From Legionellales bacterium (GTDB taxonomy: Bacteria; Pseudomonadota; Gammaproteobacteria; UBA1113): a stretch of DNA of 64,000 bases. Location: contig PAPY01000026.1 in the NCBI GenBank assembly GCA_002709565.1, positions 1,222 through 65,221 of the forward strand, read 5' to 3'. Both the position numbers and the translations under genes were made by a program. Position 1 is the first letter of the stretch. Every line of letters starts with the position of its first letter. The notes beneath the pieces were generated by a model. It searched no databases. It saw only the letters and a program-made list of their open reading frames with translations, and was not told where the DNA came from. This document shows positions 37,079 to 47,091 of this stretch, piece after piece.

Positions 37079-38431
37079 CCTATGGAAGTAGAGTTTTTGC
37101 CCAATAATAGTCATCTTGATAGTCCAGGGGATTTTGCCAAATCTGATCCTCATCTCCGGCGTATGGCACAAAATCCTTATATTTTTCAATCACCTATCAT
37201 TAAACAGTTACCTGCGGATATTCCCGGAATTTACAATCTTGGGGGTGGGCGCCAAATCGGTAAAACCACGCTATTAAAGCAATGGATGTTGCACCTATTG
37301 GCAACAGGGGTTGCACCAGAAGCGATAGTGTTCTTATCTTGCGAGTTGATAGTGGATGAGCAGAGTCTCTATCGCATTGTCAGTCAGCAACTGAATACAA
37401 TGCCAGAACAGGGGCTGTTGTACCTGATTTTGGATGAAATTACCTATGTGGCGAATTGGGACAAAGCCATCAAGTACTTGGCGGATACAGGGCTGTTTGA
37501 CAATGTGGTTGTTGTCATTAGTGGTTCTGATTTAGCGATGATGCAAGCGGCGCGTATGCGTTTTCCTGGGCGGCGCGGCAAAGCAGATCAGGTGGATTTT
37601 CATTATTACCCGCTATCATTTCAACAAGTGTTGCAACTGAAAGGCCATTTTAGTGGTGAGTTGCCGGCGTTAACGGAAGACTTCGCAGATATACTTTTTA
37701 CGGAGTTTGAAAACTATTTAATTCACGGTGGTTTTCTCACAGCAATCAATGAATATGCAACAACCGCAACAATCAGCCAAAGCACATTAGCCACTTACTC
37801 CGATTGGATCCGTGGTGATGTGATTAAACATGGCAAGAATGAACACTACTTGCGAGAGATATTAACCGCCATTATCAAGCATTATTCCAGTCAAGTGTCT
37901 TGGCGCAATCTTGTCGGTGCGCTTTCAATTGATCATACCCAAACAGCCATTGACTATGTTGAGTTATTAACTTCCATGGATACGGTGTATGTGCAAGCGG
38001 CGTTGATTGAAGATAAGCTGGTTGCAGCTCCGAAAAAACCCCGTAAATTTATGTTTTGTGATCCATTTATTTTGCATGCAATTACAGCGTGGTTAACGCC
38101 GCATAAAGATCCTTTTGCCGAGCATATTATCCCAGCAGTGACAGAGTCAATCCAAAGTGCAAAACTTGTCGAAGCAATAGTCGTCAATCACTTTCAGCGT
38201 CACTATCCAACCTATTACATCAAAGCAGAAAGTGAAGTTGATGTTGCTTATGTTGATAACGGTAAATTCTGGCCCATCGAAGTCAAATGGACCAAGCAAT
38301 TACGTCCCAATGACTTGAAGCAAATTAGCAAATACCCTAATGGAAAGATATGGGCGAAGACAAAACAGGCACGTGAGCTCAATGACCTGCCTGTGATACC
38401 GCTGCCTTATGGGCTAGCCGAGTTGGGGTAA
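37070..38431 (+). CDS. AAA-superfamily ATPase with C-terminal DUF4143/nuclease-like domain (COG1373 type)
   Basis: P-loop GGGRQIGKTTLLKQW, Walker B LYLILDEITYV, and a C-terminal EVDVAYVDNGKFWPIEVKWTK (ExD..ExK-like). Confidence 0.8.
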   Translation: MIKPMEVEFLPNNSHLDSPGDFAKSDPHLRRMAQNPYIFQSPIIKQLPADIPGIYNLGGGRQIGKTTLLKQWMLHLLATGVAPEAIVFLSCELIVDEQSLYRIVSQQLNTMPEQGLLYLILDEITYVANWDKAIKYLADTGLFDNVVVVISGSDLAMMQAARMRFPGRRGKADQVDFHYYPLSFQQVLQLKGHFSGELPALTEDFADILFTEFENYLIHGGFLTAINEYATTATISQSTLATYSDWIRGDVIKHGKNEHYLREILTAIIKHYSSQVSWRNLVGALSIDHTQTAIDYVELLTSMDTVYVQAALIEDKLVAAPKKPRKFMFCDPFILHAITAWLTPHKDPFAEHIIPAVTESIQSAKLVEAIVVNHFQRHYPTYYIKAESEVDVAYVDNGKFWPIEVKWTKQLRPNDLKQISKYPNGKIWAKTKQARELNDLPVIPLPYGLAELG

Positions 38432-38436
38432 GTTTG

Positions 38437-39402
38437 TTACTCAACCACCCCAACATGCAATCCTAATGAACTGCTAATGCTCTTGCCCATGGACGTACCC
38501 ATGTTAGTGGCAAGGCGTTGCAGGAGACCTTCGCTGGTGGTGTAATCAACTTTTTTGTCGTTACCAATCACACTGCGGGCAACGTAATCGGGACTGCCTA
38601 AGCCATCAACTAAGCCTAGCGGTAAGGCTTGTTCACCGGTCCAAGCAAGTCCAGAGTAGAGTAATGGGTTGTGCTTTTGTAATCGTTTTCCACGGCCTTG
38701 TTCTACGGCGTGGATGAATTGTTTGTGAATCGTATCAAGCATGGTTTGGGCATAGGCTTCGTCTTTGGGCTTCATTGGTGAGAACGGATCCAAAAAGCCT
38801 TTCTCCGAGCCAGCCGTCAAGAGGCGGCGTTGCACGCCGAGTTTTTGTAAGGTATCGACAAAACCAAAGCCATTCATCAATACCCCGATCGAGCCGACGA
38901 GACTTGCTTGGTCAGCAAAGATTTGATCAGCACCCGCCGCAATATAATAAGCACCGGAGGCGCAGGCATCTGTACACACGGCATAGGTTTTGACTTTAGG
39001 GTGTTTTTTGCGAAGGTAACGTAGGTGATCATAAACTTGGCCAGCTTGTACAGGACTGCCGCCGGGACTATTAATAATGAGCATCAGTGCCGTGGTATTC
39101 TTGTCATCAAAAGCATCATCGAGGCTCTCATTGATGTCCTCGGCATTAGCACGGGTGTTAGCCATAATGGGGCCTGTGATACGTACGACAGACGTATGGG
39201 GTACACTGCGGTTGTAGTAATCTTTGGAGTGTTCAGGTTGGAGCAGCAATATCACCAAAAGTATGATCGCGGCATAAAAGAAACGAAAGAAAATTCGCCA
39301 GCGGCGGGCCCGGCGTTGTTCAGTGATGGATTCCTGGAGAACTTTCTCGAGGATAGCGTGTTGGGATTGGGCATTATCATTGGCAGAATCGGCTTTGCTC
39401 AT
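38437..39402 (-). CDS. sppA: signal peptide peptidase SppA, 36K type (S49)
   Basis: N-terminal TM segment, LMLIINSPGGS, and CTDACASGAYYIAAGAD containing the catalytic Ser; 321 aa. Confidence 0.9.
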   Translation of the reverse strand: MSKADSANDNAQSQHAILEKVLQESITEQRRARRWRIFFRFFYAAIILLVILLLQPEHSKDYYNRSVPHTSVVRITGPIMANTRANAEDINESLDDAFDDKNTTALMLIINSPGGSPVQAGQVYDHLRYLRKKHPKVKTYAVCTDACASGAYYIAAGADQIFADQASLVGSIGVLMNGFGFVDTLQKLGVQRRLLTAGSEKGFLDPFSPMKPKDEAYAQTMLDTIHKQFIHAVEQGRGKRLQKHNPLLYSGLAWTGEQALPLGLVDGLGSPDYVARSVIGNDKKVDYTTSEGLLQRLATNMGTSMGKSISSSLGLHVGVVE

Positions 39403-39569
39403 TTTTTAATCGTCTCGGTTGTTAAGGCACAGTGAAGTATTAAACCTTTTTTTTGCGAAAAAATCGAGCTTTGATACAATGTTCGGGTGATTTTAGGTAT
39501 CACGAGGCTAGTCGATGAAATGACAGCGACTGCCAATCCCCAGCGCAAGAAGTTAAGCGGGAGTCGCTA

Positions 39570-40106
39570 ATGAAGTTAAAATTTCTTTCTTTCAATGAAT
39601 TATACCGTGAGCACAAACGGGCGTTTTGGTTCCAATCTATCGTCGCGATTTTGATTACGTTAGGTGTTGTATTTACCCTAGGCGGTGTTACCTCCTCAAC
39701 TATTCTGAGTGCAATCGGGGCAAGCTCTTTGGCGGCCAGTACTTTTATTGCCTTTGGTTTACCGGATTCACCGGTCGCAAAAGCCCAGCGCATGATAGGC
39801 AGCTATGTGATTGGTATCCTTGTCGGCGTGTTCTTCTACTGGATCAGTAATGATACTTACGCTTGGACCCATTGGATGACCGTAATAACCCACAAAGAGA
39901 TCTGTTCGGGTCTTGCTGTTGGTTTGACCATGTTAATTATGTTTTTGTTAGATCTAGAGCATCCGCCTGCTGCAGGGCTGTCATTGGGTATTGTGATTGA
40001 TGAATGGAATTGGTGGGTACTCATTGTCGTGCTGTTATCCATTGTTATTATTGCACTACTGCGGGTGTTGATGCGACCGTGGTTGCATATGTTGATGGGT
40101 AATTAA
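39570..40106 (+). CDS. HPP family membrane protein
   Basis: Four to five TM helices and the eponymous LEHPPAAG motif. Confidence 0.8.
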   Translation: MKLKFLSFNELYREHKRAFWFQSIVAILITLGVVFTLGGVTSSTILSAIGASSLAASTFIAFGLPDSPVAKAQRMIGSYVIGILVGVFFYWISNDTYAWTHWMTVITHKEICSGLAVGLTMLIMFLLDLEHPPAAGLSLGIVIDEWNWWVLIVVLLSIVIIALLRVLMRPWLHMLMGN

Positions 40107-40108
40107 TC

Positions 40109-41710
40109 GTGCTACTAGACATGCTATTCGGGGCACTGTGCATTACCGGTCCCTTAGTCTATTACATCAAATTTGCGGGTTATAGTTTCACTCGACCAGA
40201 AATTATTGGGCTTTTTTGTTTGTGTATGTTGCTTGGTGGGTTTGCGGGATATCTGCTGTCGCGTTTGCAATGGACTGGCCGAGTGATCTTAATAGCGGTA
40301 TTGGCCAGTATGGGTTTGAGCTTTTTGCCGGGTATGCAAACAGACTGGGTATATATGCTGGGGGTGGTGAGTATCATCGCCATCAGTATGTTTGCAACAG
40401 AACAGGCAGTGAAGATCTTTACAACAATGGCCTTGGTATTTGTCGCATCGACAGTTGTCTTTCCGGTTGGTGAGCAGCTGCTTGGCGCGGAGCAAATCAT
40501 AAATGCACAAGCAAAACGCGATCAACAATTGCCCCCGGTGATCCACATTGTATTAGATGAGCATATTGGTATTAATGGGCTACCCAAAACCGTAGCAAAT
40601 ACGGCAGAATTTCAACAACAATTAACAGATTTTTATACGCGCCATGGTTTTACGCTCTACAGCAATGGCTTTAGTCATTATGCTAGGACTTACAATTCGC
40701 TGCCGAATGCGTTTAACTTTACGGTGAGTGAGCATGACAACCAGTATTTTCCTGGGCAGCGCCAAGAGCGAGAATTAAAGGACAATCATTATCTTGCGGC
40801 ATTTTCTAAACAGGGTTATGCCATCAATGTCTATCAATCCGATTATTTGGGGTATTGCAAAGCCAAAGGTGTCAACTACCGTTCTTGTTATACCTACCCT
40901 GTCCATAACCTTAAATACCTGCAAGACTTGCCGATTAATACCCAAGAAAAATTTCGCTTCCTGTTGAAGAGTTACACCTTGTCGTCGGTTTTGTACCAAA
41001 AATTCTTAACGGGATATCAAAAAAACCTACGTCCCTTATTGCACAAAGTGGGTATCACTTTGCCAAATGATCCTTGGTATCAAGCGCAAATCAGTACTAT
41101 TGGTACTTTGGACGCATTACAAAAAATGCAAGCAGATATTATCGCTGCGCCCGAGGGTAATGTATTCTTCGCCCATTTGCTGATCCCTCATTCGGCGTAT
41201 ATCTTCGATGAAAATTGTCAGGTTATTCCCAAAACGGCAGACTGGTGGGTCAATTATAGTGATGATGCTGTCGCAGTCAGTGAAGCGGGTTACCAGCAAC
41301 GCTATCAACGTTATGAAGCGCAGATAGGTTGCGTCTACAAACAACTGGATCAATTCATTGCGCAACTGCAACAGCACGGCATTTATGACAAGGCGGCGAT
41401 AATGATCCATGGTGATCATGGTTCTCGCATTGTTCATATGCCACCTTATCCAGATAATCGAGAATTACTGCAGCAACAAGACTTCCGTGATGCCTATAGC
41501 ACTGTGATTGCCATCAAATTCCCAGGGCAAGCAGGGGGAGTAGAGCCTGAACCGGTAGTGGTCAACCGGGTAGTGGCTGCGTTTAGCCAACAGTTAACAG
41601 GACAGCCAAAACAGCTACCAGGCAATGATCAATTTGTGTATTTAACCACTCAGCAAATGAAGTCTGGTGTGGATTTGACGCCCTATCCAGTGAAGGATTT
41701 TGGCCATTAG
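40109..41710 (+). CDS. membrane-anchored sulfatase-like hydrolase/transferase (alkaline-phosphatase superfamily)
   Basis: Four N-terminal TM helices, then IHIVLDEHIG (metal/nucleophile region) and IMIHGDHGSR (C-terminal metal ligands). GTG start. Confidence 0.65.
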   Translation: MLLDMLFGALCITGPLVYYIKFAGYSFTRPEIIGLFCLCMLLGGFAGYLLSRLQWTGRVILIAVLASMGLSFLPGMQTDWVYMLGVVSIIAISMFATEQAVKIFTTMALVFVASTVVFPVGEQLLGAEQIINAQAKRDQQLPPVIHIVLDEHIGINGLPKTVANTAEFQQQLTDFYTRHGFTLYSNGFSHYARTYNSLPNAFNFTVSEHDNQYFPGQRQERELKDNHYLAAFSKQGYAINVYQSDYLGYCKAKGVNYRSCYTYPVHNLKYLQDLPINTQEKFRFLLKSYTLSSVLYQKFLTGYQKNLRPLLHKVGITLPNDPWYQAQISTIGTLDALQKMQADIIAAPEGNVFFAHLLIPHSAYIFDENCQVIPKTADWWVNYSDDAVAVSEAGYQQRYQRYEAQIGCVYKQLDQFIAQLQQHGIYDKAAIMIHGDHGSRIVHMPPYPDNRELLQQQDFRDAYSTVIAIKFPGQAGGVEPEPVVVNRVVAAFSQQLTGQPKQLPGNDQFVYLTTQQMKSGVDLTPYPVKDFGH

Positions 41711-41881
41711 TGCATGAATGCTAGTGGCTTGGTCTATCGTCTGTCAGACTTTAACGACACAATGCATAGGTAATTGCTGCAAAATAACCTATTATGCCCA
41801 TTTGTATTGCGCATCTACGTTACTTAAGGTATGAAAGAGAGAAGCTTGTAGGTTGTTGGGTCAGCAGAGGGAAACTAGGTT

Positions 41882-42898
41882 ATGATACAGATACGACGCA
41901 TATTTATGGTTCTGGCTACTACGGCAGTTGGCCTCCTGGCAGCATCTTCAATTCTGGCGGCAGAAAGTTATCAAGTATCACAACCCGAGCCCTACATTAT
42001 TGATACGGATATGGATTTTGATGATTGGTTCTCAATCCTGTATTTAGTCAATAACCCTAATGTTGATGTTAAAGCCATTACGGTAACGGGGACTGGTGTG
42101 GCAAGCTGTGAGACAGGTGTTGATAATGCACTGCGGTTATTGGCTCTGGCAGGCAAGTCCGGTATTCCTGTTGCGTGCGGCAAAAAGAAACCCCTTCATG
42201 GTGACTTGTTAGTTGAAAAAGACTACCGAGATACCGTGGATAATTTTCTCGGTCTTGAGATGCCTAACGCTAAGGATACAGGCAGTGATGAATACGCCGT
42301 AGAATTAATGCGTCGCACCTTGAGTGAGTCAAATAAGCCTGTGAATATTATTGCCTTGGGCCCACTATCCAATATTGAGAGTTTGCTCTATGGTTATGAT
42401 TATCTCAAACCAAAGGTCAAACGCTTATATATCATGGGTGGTGCAGTGGATGTGCCTGGCAATGTGAAAGACCATGATAACAAAACCGCTGAGTGGAATG
42501 TATATGCTGATCCCCACGCGGCAATAGTGGTTTTACACGCGGGCGTGCCTATTACTTTAGTGCCTTTGGATGCTACTAACCAAGTGCCTATCTCGAAGCG
42601 GGTTTACAACGATATGGCAAAACAACAACAAAGTTCCAGCGCTAAATTTATTGTTAAGGCCATGGCAAAAGAAATGCAAATGGACAAACAATATTTTTGG
42701 GATCCACTCGTGGCTGTGATAGCAACCAATCCTGAGATCGCAACGGTCCAACCCATGCGTCTCAAAATTATCGTCAAAAAAGGCCCTGACTATGCCCGTA
42801 CGGTAAAATCCGCTAAAGGATCGCCCGTCGATGTGGTTACTAAGGTCGACGAAAAAGCCTTCGACAAAGCCTTCATCGATACAGTCAATCAGGGATAA
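41882..42898 (+). CDS. nucleoside hydrolase (IUNH family) with signal peptide
   Basis: IIDTDMDFDDWFSILYL is the DxDxxxDD fingerprint. Also WNVYADPHAA and FWDPLVAV. The N-terminus MIQIRRIFMVLATTAVGLLAASSILA looks like a Sec signal. Confidence 0.88.
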   Translation: MIQIRRIFMVLATTAVGLLAASSILAAESYQVSQPEPYIIDTDMDFDDWFSILYLVNNPNVDVKAITVTGTGVASCETGVDNALRLLALAGKSGIPVACGKKKPLHGDLLVEKDYRDTVDNFLGLEMPNAKDTGSDEYAVELMRRTLSESNKPVNIIALGPLSNIESLLYGYDYLKPKVKRLYIMGGAVDVPGNVKDHDNKTAEWNVYADPHAAIVVLHAGVPITLVPLDATNQVPISKRVYNDMAKQQQSSSAKFIVKAMAKEMQMDKQYFWDPLVAVIATNPEIATVQPMRLKIIVKKGPDYARTVKSAKGSPVDVVTKVDEKAFDKAFIDTVNQG

Positions 42899-42938
42899 TA
42901 TGGCCGGGGGGCGTAGGGTGACGCTCCCCACAATCCAT

Positions 42939-43005
42939 CCGGCTTTTCACACCAGAGCTATTTTTACCCTTTTCTGCGCAAAAAGAGACTGGTGCGGAAT
43001 GTCGG
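42939..43005 (-). mobile_element. MITE-like element, short (67-bp) hairpin-only derivative
   Basis: It consists only of the two terminal-repeat arms of the 143-bp element, in inverted orientation. It is flanked by a perfect atccat direct repeat. Confidence 0.75.
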
Positions 43006-43052
43006 ATCCATGTTATCCTTCGCCTATCATGCATTAACCCATATGATTCCTG

Positions 43053-44252
43053 ATGAAACGATTGTCTGGCAAACATATCCTGCTCGGTATCACCGGTGGC
43101 ATCGCTGCCTATAAAGCCGCTGATTTAGCCCGACGCCTGCGCGAGCACGGCGCTGAAGTGCGAGTCGTGATGACGAATGGGGCAAAAGAATTCATTACCC
43201 CATTAACCCTACAGGCAGTTTCTGGCAATCCCATCCACGACGACTTGTTAGACACGGCAGCAGAAGCTGCTATGGGACATATTGAATTAGCCCGCTGGGC
43301 TGATGCCGCTGTTATCGCTCCGGCCAGTGCCGACAGCATTGCTCGGCTAGCCCAGGGGCGAGCCGATGATCTATTAACGACGTTATGTTTGGCAACACCG
43401 GCGACTATTCTAGTCGCACCAGCCATGAATCAACAAATGTGGCGTGATGCTGCAACGCAACAAAATATCGCTAACCTACAACAACAGGGCAAAATTATTT
43501 TAGGCCCAGCTGAAGGCGAACAGGCTTGTGGTGATGTGGGTCCAGGACGCATGTTAGAACCCAACGATATTGCTATTGCTGTCGCTGAGCAATTTCAACA
43601 TCAAGCATTAACCGGCAAACGGGTACTGATAACAGCGGGCCCCACTCAAGAAGCGATTGATCCAGTACGTTATCTTAGTAATCACAGCTCAGGCAAAATG
43701 GGATTTGCACTGGCCACTGCAGCGGTAGAAGCCGGCGCATTAGTAACACTGATCGCAGGACCGGTTGCAGAACAAACCCCAGAGCGAGTAACCCGCATTG
43801 ATGTGGTATCCGCACAACAGATGCTAGATAACGTTATCGACAATATTAGCGGGCAAGATATTTTTATCAGTGTTGCGGCAGTTGCAGATTATCGGGTTGC
43901 CGAAGTTGCTACACACAAAATCAAAAAATCTGCCGACGAGATGACACTGAGCTTTGTCAAGAACCCGGATATTTTGACCGAAGTGTGTCAACGAGGCGAC
44001 AAACCATTTGTCGTTGGTTTTGCTGCAGAGACGGACAACCTTATCGAACACGCCAAAGACAAATTAATCCGCAAAGGTTGTGACATGATTGTAGCAAATG
44101 ATGTTGCAAAGCAGGCGCAGGGTTTTGGCAGTGATGATAATGCCGTTACCGTTGTTACAACAGATGCAATCCAAGACATTCCCTTAGCGAACAAACAACA
44201 AATTGCACGAACATTAATTGAAACTATCGCGAAGGCGATTAAGGAATCTTAA
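43053..44252 (+). CDS. coaBC: bifunctional phosphopantothenoylcysteine decarboxylase / synthetase
   Basis: N-terminal flavoprotein [13 protein letters not shown] and PAMNQQMW. C-terminal [25 protein letters not shown]. 399 aa. Confidence 0.96.
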   Translation: MKRLSGKHILLGITGGIAAYKAADLARRLREHGAEVRVVMTNGAKEFITPLTLQAVSGNPIHDDLLDTAAEAAMGHIELARWADAAVIAPASADSIARLAQGRADDLLTTLCLATPATILVAPAMNQQMWRDAATQQNIANLQQQGKIILGPAEGEQACGDVGPGRMLEPNDIAIAVAEQFQHQALTGKRVLITAGPTQEAIDPVRYLSNHSSGKMGFALATAAVEAGALVTLIAGPVAEQTPERVTRIDVVSAQQMLDNVIDNISGQDIFISVAAVADYRVAEVATHKIKKSADEMTLSFVKNPDILTEVCQRGDKPFVVGFAAETDNLIEHAKDKLIRKGCDMIVANDVAKQAQGFGSDDNAVTVVTTDAIQDIPLANKQQIARTLIETIAKAIKES

Positions 44253-44707
44253 TGCAAAAAATTCAACTCAAGATATTAGACTCACGTTTAGGTAATGAAT
44301 TTCCTTTGCCGGAATATGCCACCAGTGGCTCAGCAGGATTAGACTTACGCGCCTGCTTAGATGAGCCGTTACAACTCGCACCGGGTGAAACACAATTATT
44401 GCCAACGGGCATGAGTATCTATATTGCTGACTCAAGCCTTGCCGCGACTATTTTACCGCGCTCGGGGCTGGGTCATAAACACGGCATCGTGTTAGGAAAT
44501 TTGGTTGGCTTAATTGATTCAGATTACCAAGGACCGTTGATGGTCTCTTGTTGGAATCGCGGCAATGATCATTTTACCGTAAATCCCGGTGAGCGGATTG
44601 CACAACTCGTATTTGTGCCAGTGGTGCAAGTTGAATTTGAACAAGTGGATGAGTTTGCTGCAACGGATAGAGGCGAAGGTGGCTTTGGCTCATCAGGCCG
44701 TCACTAG
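44252..44707 (+). CDS. dut: dUTP diphosphatase
   Basis: [33 protein letters not shown] and [12 protein letters not shown]; 151 aa. The start overlaps the coaBC stop. Confidence 0.97.
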   Translation: MQKIQLKILDSRLGNEFPLPEYATSGSAGLDLRACLDEPLQLAPGETQLLPTGMSIYIADSSLAATILPRSGLGHKHGIVLGNLVGLIDSDYQGPLMVSCWNRGNDHFTVNPGERIAQLVFVPVVQVEFEQVDEFAATDRGEGGFGSSGRH

Positions 44708-44717
44708 GAACGTAGCA

Positions 44718-46121
44718 GTGACAGCCATCCAAGAATATCAGCTAACGACAGCGATCCCCAGAAGTAGCTTTCGGGCTTATGATATTCGTGGTATCGCTGA
44801 TACCGAATTGACGCCAGACAGTGTCTATACAATTGCCCGCGCCATTGCGACTTTTTTCCGGCAAAATACCGTTACTGAGGTTGTTATCGCCCGGGATGAT
44901 AGGCTCTCGAGTCCCGTGTTATATCCTGCATTGAAAGCAGGATTACTCGATACCGGATTGGATGTCATTGAGTTGGGGCGTGTGCCAACACCAATGTTGT
45001 ATTTTGCTACCCATGTTAGCGCTACAAGCTCGGGCATTATGTTAACCGCCAGTCATAATGCGGCACAATACAATGGCCTTAAGATTGTTTTTCGTCAACA
45101 CCCGTTGACGCCCGAACAAATCCAACAAATCTATGATTTAGCGGTGGCTAATGATTTTGTTGCAGGTCAGGGGAATGCCTCTGAGCTTGCTATTACTGAG
45201 CGCTACCTTGAACACGTCGCTCGCAATGTAAACGTGAACAAACCTCTCAAAGTGGTGGTGGACTGTGGTAACGCTATTACCAGTGAGATTGCGCCTCAGC
45301 TATTGCAACGGTTGGGCTGTGAAGTTGTACCCTTACACTGTGTGTCTGATGGCCGGTTTCCGAATCATCATCCTGATCCAACGATTGTTGAGAATTTGCA
45401 AGACTTGATCGGCGCGGTGCATGAACATCAGACAGATATTGGCTTGGCGTTAGATGGTGATGGGGATAGGCTAGGCGTCGTGACTGAAACGGGTGAAATC
45501 ATTTGGCCAGACAGGCAGTTGATGTTGTTTGCTCGTGATATTTTACCAAAACATCTCGGCGCAACGGTTATTTATGATGTAAAGTGCTCTCGCCATCTGG
45601 CAACGGTTATCGAGGAGCAGCAGGGTAAACCCTTAATGTGGAAAACCGGTCACTCATTGATTGAGAACAAAATGGTCGAGACCGATGCAGTGCTTGCCGG
45701 TGAAATGAGTGGGCATTTATTCTTTCGTGATAGATGGTTTGGTTGCGATGATGGCTTGTATACTGCAGCGCGATTATTAGAAGTGTTGTCTCGATTTGCG
45801 GGTGGGGCAAGTGAGTTATTTGCACAGCTGCCTAATAGTTTTAATACCCCAGAGTTGAAACTAGAGGTTTGTGACGAGGATAAGTTTCGTTTGATGGATG
45901 ATATCACCCAGCAAGCGGAATTTGTTGATGCAACAGTCACAACCATTGATGGCTTGCGGGTAGAGTACCCTGACGGTTGGGGGTTAATTCGCCCATCAAA
46001 TACCACGCCGTGTTTAGTTTTGCGTTTTGAAGCAGACGATGAGACGGCACTCAAGCACATTCAGGCAGCTTTTCGTGAACAATTACTCAAGGTTGATGAC
46101 AGTTTGTCATTACCATTTTAG
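44718..46121 (+). CDS. phosphomannomutase/phosphoglucomutase
   Basis: FRAYDIRG, active-site TASHNAAQYNGLK, metal loop ALDGDGDRLG, and GEMSGH. GTG at 44718, with AGGAA 7 nt upstream, is preferred over the ORF-track start at 44589, which would overlap dut. Confidence 0.92.
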   Translation: MTAIQEYQLTTAIPRSSFRAYDIRGIADTELTPDSVYTIARAIATFFRQNTVTEVVIARDDRLSSPVLYPALKAGLLDTGLDVIELGRVPTPMLYFATHVSATSSGIMLTASHNAAQYNGLKIVFRQHPLTPEQIQQIYDLAVANDFVAGQGNASELAITERYLEHVARNVNVNKPLKVVVDCGNAITSEIAPQLLQRLGCEVVPLHCVSDGRFPNHHPDPTIVENLQDLIGAVHEHQTDIGLALDGDGDRLGVVTETGEIIWPDRQLMLFARDILPKHLGATVIYDVKCSRHLATVIEEQQGKPLMWKTGHSLIENKMVETDAVLAGEMSGHLFFRDRWFGCDDGLYTAARLLEVLSRFAGGASELFAQLPNSFNTPELKLEVCDEDKFRLMDDITQQAEFVDATVTTIDGLRVEYPDGWGLIRPSNTTPCLVLRFEADDETALKHIQAAFREQLLKVDDSLSLPF

Positions 46122-46133
46122 TGGAGCAGGCAA

Positions 46134-46778
46134 ATGCGCGCAATAATTATTGCCAATGGTGACTGTGACAATCCAAAACAACTCGCCGCCCTATTTCGTG
46201 CCGATGATTTTGTTATTGCCGTGGATGGTGGTGCGCGCCACTGTGAAACATTATCAGCCTACCCGGATTTGTTAATTGGGGATTTTGATTCGCTGGACAA
46301 ACCTATTCTTAAGCACTTCGTCGCTGATGATGTCAAAATGCTTTGTTATCCCCGTCACAAAGATCAAATTGACTTAGAATTAGCTGTTGATCACGCTATT
46401 GCTGAAGGGGCAACAGAGATTGCTATCATCACCGCCATGGGTGGCCGCTGGGATATGACCTTAGCGAATCTATTCCTGCTTACCCAAGAAAAATACGCCA
46501 TGTTTGAACTGTATCTCACAGATACGGTCCAGCGCGGTCAAGTTATCCGTGCTGGATCAGCTGTCACCTTAACGGTCAAGGCGGGTGGGCGTTTTTCATT
46601 AATTCCTTTATTGGGTGATGCAACGGGGATCAGTGCGAATGATCTTGAATACCCATTAGCAAATCATACACTGTCATTAGGCTCTACCAAAGGGCTCAGT
46701 AATCGGACGTTGGCTGATGCAATTACCATTGAATTACAACAAGGCCTGGTCTATGCCTGTTACGAAATAGGGGACTAA
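46134..46778 (+). CDS. thiamine diphosphokinase
   Basis: IIANGD, AVDGGA, LLIGDFDS and KDQIDLELA motifs. 214 aa with a C-terminal thiamin-binding beta domain. Confidence 0.85.
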   Translation: MRAIIIANGDCDNPKQLAALFRADDFVIAVDGGARHCETLSAYPDLLIGDFDSLDKPILKHFVADDVKMLCYPRHKDQIDLELAVDHAIAEGATEIAIITAMGGRWDMTLANLFLLTQEKYAMFELYLTDTVQRGQVIRAGSAVTLTVKAGGRFSLIPLLGDATGISANDLEYPLANHTLSLGSTKGLSNRTLADAITIELQQGLVYACYEIGD

Positions 46779-47091
46779 TAGGTCACAAATTGATTTTATC
46801 AAGACACCGGGGCAACTGTAACTATGGTGGTCAAAAGCAATCAGGCATTGGTCGTCTAGGTTGCCTGCAATCAGTGTTGGATTGCACCCAACTGAAGAAT
46901 ATTAATGTTGCATTTCTGCAATCGGTTGTGTATTAGCGGTAGATAACTTATTGAATTCAATAACAAAATTTCCCCATCACAATGAGAAATTGTCTTTACT
47001 CTTACCTTAAGACTCTCTTAAGCCTTGGGCGATAGAATTCCGGTCAAATCATGGGCTAGACCCAACAATAATAACTAATAGAGAGTTCACT

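Noticed and set aside
39500-39793. Minus-strand 97-aa ORF overlapping the HPP gene start
   Set aside because: It is antisense to a well-supported membrane-protein gene and has no RBS or motif.
44589-44717. Long form of the phosphomannomutase ORF overlapping dut by 119 nt
   Set aside because: The N-terminal 43 residues are non-homologous ([14 protein letters not shown]...). An in-frame GTG at 44718 with an AGGAA RBS gives the conserved N-terminus and normal length.
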